Positions 15,838 through 24,000 of a DNA stretch of 24,000 bases are shown here, piece after piece. Position 1 is the stretch's first letter; the number at the start of each line of letters is the position of its first letter. This DNA is from Duganella rhizosphaerae (lineage in GTDB: Bacteria; Pseudomonadota; Gammaproteobacteria; Burkholderiales; Burkholderiaceae_D): assembly GCA_040364205.1 (NCBI GenBank), contig BPWK01000021.1; one strand, written 5' to 3'. The position numbers and the translations under genes were made by a program. Below the pieces are notes generated by a model. The model saw nothing but the letters and a program-made list of their open reading frames with translations, did no database searches and was not told the DNA's origin.

Positions 15838-17630
<1,793 letters not shown>

Positions 17631-17634
<4 letters not shown>

Positions 17635-18593
17635 GGCTGCCCCGCCGGTGTGCTGTTGAGCGTATTGAGGAACTGGATGATGTCGGCCTTGTCCTGCCGG
17701 CTGCCGCTGCGCCCCAGCTGGAACTTGAACATGACGTCGATCGCGTCCTCCAGCGTGGCGGCCGAGCCGTCGTGGAAATACGGGGCGCTGCGCGTCACGT
17801 TGCGCAGGCTGGGCACCTTGAACACGTGCAGGTCGTCGGGATTGTGGGTGACGGCGTAGCGGCCGCGGTCGGCCTCGTTGGCGCCGCCGCGCTGGGCGAA
17901 GTAGTCGCCCATGACGCCGAATTTCTGGAACATATTGCCGCCGACGTTGACGCCCTGGTGGCAGGCGGCGCAGCCGAAGCGCTTGAACTTGGCGTAGCCG
18001 GCCTGTTCCGCCGCCGTGATGGCGTTGCGGTCGCCGCGCAGGTACTGGTCGAAGCGGGCGTTGGGGGTGATCAGCGTGCGTTCGTAGCTGACGATGGCGT
18101 GGCGCAGGTTGGCGATGGTCAGGCCGTCGCGGTAGGCTTGCGCGAAGCCGTCGCGGTAGGCGGCGTCGCCGGCCAGCCTGGCCAGCACGCTCTCCCACGA
18201 CGATCCCATCTCGACCGGATTGCGGATCACCATGTCGAGCTGGGCTTCCAGCGTGTCGGCGCGGCCGTCCCAGAATTGCTTGAAGTTGAGCGCGGCGTTG
18301 AGCACGGTGGGCGCGTTGACGGCGCCCGGCTTGCCCAGGAAGCCGAGCGATTTGGCCCGCTGGTCGGCGCCGCCGCGCGCGACGTTGTGGCAGCTGCTGC
18401 AGGAGACGCTGCTGTTGCCCGACAGCCGGACGTCGTTGAACAGGCGCCGGCCCAGCGCGGCCTTGGCCGGGTCCTGGTGCAAGCTCAGCGGCACCGGCGA
18501 GATCGGCTCGCTGGCCGGCAGGGCCGGCGCGGCGGCCAGGCCGGTTGCCAGGCACAGCAGGGCGAGGCGGGGGGAAGTGGTGAAGCCACGCAT
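17631..18593 (-). CDS. Periplasmic di-haem cytochrome c peroxidase (CCP/MauG family)
   Basis: Signal peptide is LALLCLATGLAAAPALPA. It has two CXXCH motifs (CSSCH, CAACH), the inter-haem Trp motif QFWDGRA, NPVEM, LRN..APYFHDG, and DVMFKFQLG carrying the likely Met ligand. The Shine-Dalgarno is GGAGAA. Confidence 0.9.
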
Positions 18594-18611
18594 GGGGTTC
18601 TCCAGGGGCGC

Positions 18612-19490
<879 letters not shown>

Positions 19491-19491
19491 G

Positions 19492-21648
19492 TCAGGCTCC
19501 GGCGGCCATGGCCAGCTGCGGCGCCGCTGGTTCCTGCAGGCCGTGCAGCTGCCAGTAGTGGCGGAAGGCGGCGTCGATATTGTTGCGCAAGGTGCGGTTG
19601 TCCCAGGGCTTGGTGTAGAAGCGGTACAGGGCGCCGCGGTTGATCGATTCCATGATCGTGTTCAGGTCGGTGTAGCCGGACAGGATGATGCGGAAGGTGT
19701 CCGGGTACATCTGCTTGATCTTGTCGAGCAGGTCGGTGCCGCTCATTTCCTCCATGCGCTGGTCGCACAGCACCAGTTGCACCGGATATTGCGCCAGCAG
19801 CGCGAAGGCCTGGGCCGCGCCGTTGGCGGTCAGCACGCGGTAGCCGTCCTGGCGCAGCAGGCGCTGCAGCGAGGTCAGCATGTGCGGCTCGTCGTCGATG
19901 ATCAGCAGCGTGCGCTCGGGGGCGTCGCCAGCGTCGTTCGGCAGGCGCAGGCGGACGTCGTCGCGCAGCATTTGCTCCAGCTGCGCCGCCGGCAGCGGCC
20001 GGCTGAAGAAATAGCCCTGGATCTGGTCGCAGCGGTGGCGCCCCAGGTAGGCCAGCTGGGCCGCGGTCTCCACGCCTTCGGCCACCACCTCCAGCTTCAG
20101 GCTGTGCGCCATGGCGATGATGGCGTCCACCACGGCGGCGTCGTCGGGACTGCTGGTCACTTCGCGGATGAAGGCGATGTCGATTTTCAGCGTGTCGACC
20201 GGGAAGCGCTTCAGGTAGGCCAGGCTGGAATAGCCGGTGCCGAAGTCGTCGATGGCGATGTGCACGCCGGTCGCGCGCAGCGCGCTCAGGGTGGCGGCGG
20301 TGCGGCCGATGTCGTCCATCATCGCGCTCTCGGTCACCTCCAACGACAGCAGGCCGGGATCGATGCCGTGGCGGGCGATGGCCTCGGCCACGGTCTGCTC
20401 CAGCCTGGTGTCGGCGAACTGGCGGCTGGCGACGTTGACGGCGATCGGCAGCGGGCCGTTGGCGTGCGGCGCCCAGGCGGCGATCTGGCGGCAGGCCTGG
20501 TCGATGGCCCAGGCGCCGACCGGCACGATCAGGCCGCTGCGCTCGAGCAGCGGGATGAACTCGGCCGGCGACACCAGGCCGTGGCCGGGCCGGTTCCAGC
20601 GCAGCAGCGCCTCGGCGCCGACCATGCGGCCGGTGCCGATCTGCACCTTGGGCTGGTAATACAGTTCGAACTCGCCGCGTTCGCTGGCCTGGCGCAGCGC
20701 GTGCTCCAGCTGGTAGCGCGTCTGCGCCTGCAGGTCCATGGCGTCGGTGAAGTAGCAGCAGTGGTCGCGCCCTTCCTGCTTAGCCTGGTGCAGGGCGATG
20801 TCGGCGTAGCGCAGCAGCGTGGCGACGTCGTCGATGTCGGACGGACAGGCGGCGATGCCGATGCTGACCGTCATCGTGGTCTGGCCGCCGGGCAGGTCGA
20901 ACGGCTGCTGCAGCGCCTCGCGGATCTGGTCGGCGACCGCGCCGGCCTGTGGCAGCTGGGCCGGCAGCAGCAGCGCGAATTCGTCGTTGCCCAGGCGGCC
21001 GATGGTGGCGGGCGGCGGCGCCAGCTGGCCCAGCCGTTTGGCGAACTGGCACAGCAGGGCGTCGCCGGCGGCGTGGCCCTGGCTGTCGTTGATGGCGGTG
21101 AAGCCGTCCAGGTCGACCAGCAGCAGGGCGCTGGCGCGCGGCCAGGCCGCCGCCAGCTGCGGCACCATGGTCTGCGCGAACAGCTGGCGGTTCGGCAGGC
21201 CGGTCAGGTGGTCGTGGCCGGCCATGCGCGGGCCGTAGTTGCGGCTGCCGGTGTAGAGCAGCCGCACTTCCAGCATATTGCGGATGCGCGACAGCAGCTC
21301 GTCGTAGTCATACGGCTTGCAGATGAAGTCCTTGGCGCCGGCCTTGAGCGCGCGCAGCTTGTAGTCCGGCTCGGCGGACACCACCAGCACCGGCAGGTAT
21401 TGCTCGGCCTCGATCTGGCGCAGGCTGTCGAGCACTTCGAAGCCATCCATGTCCGGCATGTTCAGGTCCAGCACGATCAGGTCGTAGTGGTGCAGGCGGT
21501 GCATGGCGGCCACCGCCGGCGCGTCGCTGGTGCAGCTGACGCTGGTGTAGCCGGCGCTGGCCAGCACCTGTTCGAGCAGCGCGAGATTGAGCGGCTGGTC
21601 GTCGACGATCAGGATCTTGGCGGCATGCAGGGGGGTGATCGTGTTCAT
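19492..21648 (-). CDS. Dual-receiver c-di-GMP phosphodiesterase: REC - degenerate GGDEF (GNDEF) - EAL - REC
   Basis: The true start is MNTITPLH at 21648 (ATGA overlap with the upstream REC gene). REC1 has DDQ, LDLNMPDMDG and CKP. The GGDEF domain carries RLGNDEF. The EAL domain has EALLRW, EVTES, DDFGTGYSS, KIDIAF, EGVET and QGYFFSRP. REC2 has IDDEP, LCDQRMEEMSG and YTKPWD. Confidence 0.9.
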   Translation of the reverse strand: MNTITPLHAAKILIVDDQPLNLALLEQVLASAGYTSVSCTSDAPAVAAMHRLHHYDLIVLDLNMPDMDGFEVLDSLRQIEAEQYLPVLVVSAEPDYKLRALKAGAKDFICKPYDYDELLSRIRNMLEVRLLYTGSRNYGPRMAGHDHLTGLPNRQLFAQTMVPQLAAAWPRASALLLVDLDGFTAINDSQGHAAGDALLCQFAKRLGQLAPPPATIGRLGNDEFALLLPAQLPQAGAVADQIREALQQPFDLPGGQTTMTVSIGIAACPSDIDDVATLLRYADIALHQAKQEGRDHCCYFTDAMDLQAQTRYQLEHALRQASERGEFELYYQPKVQIGTGRMVGAEALLRWNRPGHGLVSPAEFIPLLERSGLIVPVGAWAIDQACRQIAAWAPHANGPLPIAVNVASRQFADTRLEQTVAEAIARHGIDPGLLSLEVTESAMMDDIGRTAATLSALRATGVHIAIDDFGTGYSSLAYLKRFPVDTLKIDIAFIREVTSSPDDAAVVDAIIAMAHSLKLEVVAEGVETAAQLAYLGRHRCDQIQGYFFSRPLPAAQLEQMLRDDVRLRLPNDAGDAPERTLLIIDDEPHMLTSLQRLLRQDGYRVLTANGAAQAFALLAQYPVQLVLCDQRMEEMSGTDLLDKIKQMYPDTFRIILSGYTDLNTIMESINRGALYRFYTKPWDNRTLRNNIDAAFRHYWQLHGLQEPAAPQLAMAAGA

Positions 21649-22049
21649 GGACGTGGGCCTCCGGTGAAGGACGCCGCCGCCTGGCCGCAGGCCAGGCTGA
21701 TGGTGTCCAGTAACAGTTGATCGTTGACGGGCTTGCTCAGATAGGCCAGCGGCAGGTGCTGTTGCGCCTGCGCCTGTTCGGCCGGGCTGGGCTGGCCGGT
21801 GAGGATGATGACGCCCACCTCGGGCGCCCGCGCGGCCAGCCTGGCCTGCACCTCCAGCCCGGACAGGCCAGGCATGTGCACGTCCAGCACCACGCAGCAG
21901 GGGCGGCCGCCGTCCAGCGCGACCAGGAAGTCGGCGCCGCCGGCGTAGGCCTGGGCCGGGATGCCGGCCGAGCGCAGCAGGCGCAGCAGCGCGCGCCGTA
22001 TCGCGTCGTCGTCGTCTACTACAGCCACCCAGGGAAGTGAGGTATCCAT
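21645..22049 (-). CDS. Stand-alone receiver (REC-only) response regulator
   Basis: I prefer the ATG at 22049 (MDTSLPWVAVVDDDD) to the TTG at 22100. It has the acidic pocket DDDD, the phospho-acceptor in VVLDVHMPG, then ILTG and SKP. There is no output domain. Confidence 0.8.
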   Translation of the reverse strand: MDTSLPWVAVVDDDDAIRRALLRLLRSAGIPAQAYAGGADFLVALDGGRPCCVVLDVHMPGLSGLEVQARLAARAPEVGVIILTGQPSPAEQAQAQQHLPLAYLSKPVNDQLLLDTISLACGQAAASFTGGPRP

Positions 22050-22056
22050 GACTGCA

Positions 22057-22109
22057 CAATAGCCCGGCGGCAACGGCGCGGCTATTGGACCTTGGGCCAA
22101 TACCGCCGG
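22057..22109 (-). promoter_or_regulatory. Intercistronic element with nested and competing inverted repeats sharing a CCAATA/TATTGG motif
   Basis: Stem A is CAATAGCC 22057-22064 with GGCTATTG 22080-22087. Stem B is TATTGG 22083-22088 with CCAATA 22097-22102. Stem C is CCGGCGG 22064-22070 with CCGCCGG 22103-22109. Together they fill almost the whole 60-nt gap between the FixJ-like stop and the REC start. Confidence 0.45.
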
Positions 22110-22724
22110 CTAGCCGTGGCGCGCGCGGTCGACCAGGCGCACCAGCGCCGTCACCGAGCGCACCTGCATTTTCGCCATCACGCGCGCGCGGTGCACCTTG
22201 ACGGTCTTTTCCACCGTGCCCAGCGCGGCCGCCACCTGCTTGTTGAGCAAGCCTTCGATGATCAGGTGCAGCACCTCGGTCTCGCGCGGGGTGAGTGTGG
22301 CCAGCCGCTGGCGGATCTCGTCGAGCTCGGCGCCCGCGCTGCGCGCCTGGCGGTGCTGGGCCAGCGCCGCGTGGATGGCGGCGATCAGCCGCTCGTCGTC
22401 GACCGGCTTGGTCAGGAAGTCGGCCGCGCCCAGCTTCATCGCGCGCACGCCGGTGTCGATGTCGCCGTGGCCGGTCAGGAAGATGATGGGCAGGGTGCTG
22501 GCGCGCCCGGCCAGCGCCTGTTGCAGCGCCAGGCCGTCCATCTCCGGCATCGACAGGTCCAGCACCAGGCAGCCGTCGGCGCCGTCCGCAGGCAGCGCGT
22601 CGAGGAAGGCGCGGGCGCTGGCGTAGGGCTGCACCGCGAAGCCGGCCGCGCCCAGCAGCCGCGCCAGCGCCTTCAGCACGGCCGGCTGGTCGTCGACCAG
22701 GAACACCCGCTGTTCGCCGCTCAT
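22110..22724 (-). CDS. FixJ/NarL-family response regulator (REC + LuxR-type HTH)
   Basis: The true start is MSGEQRVFLVDDQP at 22724 (ATGA overlap with the kinase stop). It has LDLSMPEMDG, FLTGHG and TKPV, plus the C-terminal HTH LTPRETEVLHLIIEGLLNKQVAAALGTVEKTVKVHRARVMAKM. Confidence 0.9.
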   Translation of the reverse strand: MSGEQRVFLVDDQPAVLKALARLLGAAGFAVQPYASARAFLDALPADGADGCLVLDLSMPEMDGLALQQALAGRASTLPIIFLTGHGDIDTGVRAMKLGAADFLTKPVDDERLIAAIHAALAQHRQARSAGAELDEIRQRLATLTPRETEVLHLIIEGLLNKQVAAALGTVEKTVKVHRARVMAKMQVRSVTALVRLVDRARHG

Positions 22725-24000
22725 GGCGCGCCTTCGGCCAGCGGCAGGCGCAGGTGGAAGCTGGCGCCGCCGTCGGGGTTGTTGTGCGCCCACAGCGTGC
22801 CGTGGTGGGCGGTGGCGATGCTGCGGCAGATCGACAGCCCCAGCCCCATGCCGCGCGCCTTGGTGGTGTAGAAGGGATCGAAGATGCGCGCCAGGATGTC
22901 GGGCGCGATGCCGGCGCCGCGGTCGATCACGCTGAACTGCACGGCGTCGCCGTCGCGCGCGCAGCGCAGCACGATCACGCGGTCCGCGTGCGCCGGCGCG
23001 GCCTGGGCGTCGCAGGCGTTCATCAGCAGGTTGATCAGCACCTGTTGCAGCTGCACGGGATCGGCGCTGAGCGTCAGCGCTTGCTCGTCCAGTTCGGTGC
23101 GCACGGTCAGGCCGTGGTGGATCAGGTCGTTGCGCACCAGGCCGATCACGTCGTCCACCAGCCCGGCGGCGGCCAGCCGCTGGCGCGGCATGTCCTGCTT
23201 GCCGAACAGGCGCCGCAGGCGCTGGATGATGTCGCCGGCGCGCTTGTCCTCGTCGACGATGTCGTCCAGGATCTCGGCCACCTCGGCCAGGTCGGGCGCC
23301 GGCTGCGCCAGGAAGCGGCGGGCCGCCTGGGCGTTGCTGAGGATGGCCGTCAGCGGCTGGTTCAGTTCGTGCGCCAGCGCGCCCGACAGCTCGCCCAGCA
23401 TGGCCACCCGCGCCAGGTGGGTGACTTCCTTCTGCTTTTGCTGCAGCTCCAGCTCGGCCTGTTTGCGCTGGGTGATGTCGAGCGACACGCCGCGCACCCG
23501 CAGCGGCCGGCCCTGCCCGTCGTGCTCGATGCTGCCGTGCGAGCCTATCCAGCGCTGCTCGCCGCCGGCCAGCAGCACGCGGTATTCCATGTCGTAGCGC
23601 GGCGCGCCGTGCTGGGCGTGGCTGAGGGTGCGCTGGACGGCGGCGCGGTCGTCCGGGTGCACCTTGGCCAGCAGGTCGGCCAGCGTCAGCTGTTGCTCCG
23701 GCGCGAAGCCGAACAGCGCGCGCCACTGCTCCGAGCACCAGATCAGCTGGTCGCTCAGCTCGCGGGTCCAGATGCCCAGGTGGGCGGCGTTGGCCGCCAG
23801 CGCCAGGCGCTGCTCGCTTTCGCGCATGTCGGCGCGGGCTTGCCGCACGCTGAGCGCGGCCTCGCGCAGGGCCTGGCCCAGCTGCCTGGCTTCGCGGAAG
23901 TGCAGCGGCGGCAGCGCCAGCTCGGCGCCGGCGCCGACCGCGCGCGCCGGCGCCACCAGCGCCTGCACCGAACGGGCGATGCGCCCGCCCAGCAGCCACG
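22721..24000 (-). CDS. PAS-containing sensor histidine kinase (FixL-like); 5' end probably beyond window edge
   Basis: It has a PAS domain (LGIWTRELSDQLIWCSEQW...RWIGSHGS...VSLDITQRK), H-box LAHELNQPLTAI, N-box LLMNACDA, G1 DRGAGI and G2 GMGLGLSI. The frame stays open upstream of the GTG at 23968 to the window end (..WLLGGRIARSV). Confidence 0.85.
   Translation of the reverse strand, partial: WLLGGRIARSVQALVAPARAVGAGAELALPPLHFREARQLGQALREAALSVRQARADMRESEQRLALAANAAHLGIWTRELSDQLIWCSEQWRALFGFAPEQQLTLADLLAKVHPDDRAAVQRTLSHAQHGAPRYDMEYRVLLAGGEQRWIGSHGSIEHDGQGRPLRVRGVSLDITQRKQAELELQQKQKEVTHLARVAMLGELSGALAHELNQPLTAILSNAQAARRFLAQPAPDLAEVAEILDDIVDEDKRAGDIIQRLRRLFGKQDMPRQRLAAAGLVDDVIGLVRNDLIHHGLTVRTELDEQALTLSADPVQLQQVLINLLMNACDAQAAPAHADRVIVLRCARDGDAVQFSVIDRGAGIAPDILARIFDPFYTTKARGMGLGLSICRSIATAHHGTLWAHNNPDGGASFHLRLPLAEGAP

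Noticed and set aside
21649-22059. N-terminal extension of the 855-aa ORF (19492-22059) upstream of the REC-GGDEF-EAL-REC protein
   Set aside because: The extension is R/G/P/A-rich and overlaps the REC-only gene in another frame. The receiver domain begins a few residues after the Met at 21648 (MNTITPLHAAKILIVDDQ).
22050-22100. TTG start at 22100 for the REC-only protein (151-aa version)
   Set aside because: It would add 17 residues encoded by the repeat-rich spacer, starting 7 nt after the upstream stop. The ATG at 22049 gives a normal receiver N-terminus (about 8 residues before the DDDD pocket).
22725-23999. N-terminal 425 aa of the 629-aa ORF 22110-23999, which would fuse a long leader to the FixJ-like regulator
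   Set aside because: It is an out-of-frame reading of the PAS kinase gene and is R/A/G/P-rich. The regulator starts at 22724 with a canonical receiver N-terminus and an ATGA overlap.

Overview
High-GC (about two-thirds G+C by eye) proteobacterial chromosomal DNA, densely coding. I found no rRNA, tRNA, CRISPR array, transposase or integrase. There are three functional blocks. (1) 2-4001 (+): a divergent split glycine-decarboxylase P-protein pair (GcvPA-like, cut by the window edge, and GcvPB-like). It is translationally coupled to a COG3199/AcoX-type NAD-kinase-fold protein. (2) 4053-14604: a glycan-utilisation locus with a TonB-dependent receptor and a YgjK-like GH63 glucosidase on the + strand. 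The - strand carries an SDR oxidoreductase, EbgA, EbgC and an APC permease, reproducing the E. coli ebgAC-ygjI-ygjK neighbourhood. (3) 14755-24000 (-): a dense signalling island. A FixL/FixJ-like pair precedes a tightly coupled five-gene operon: stand-alone REC; REC-GGDEF(degenerate)-EAL-REC phosphodiesterase; sensor-less histidine kinase; secreted di-haem cytochrome c peroxidase; and a membrane kinase with a large periplasmic domain. A PAS-GGDEF cyclase follows, whose promoter/leader carries three 11-bp tandem repeats. The peroxidase-kinase-c-di-GMP operon is the best candidate for an undescribed system, a periplasmic haem/oxidant sensor feeding c-di-GMP turnover. Many long ORFs in the six-frame track are antisense or out-of-frame shadow ORFs typical of high-GC DNA and were rejected. 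All functional calls rest on motif recognition by eye, not on database searches.
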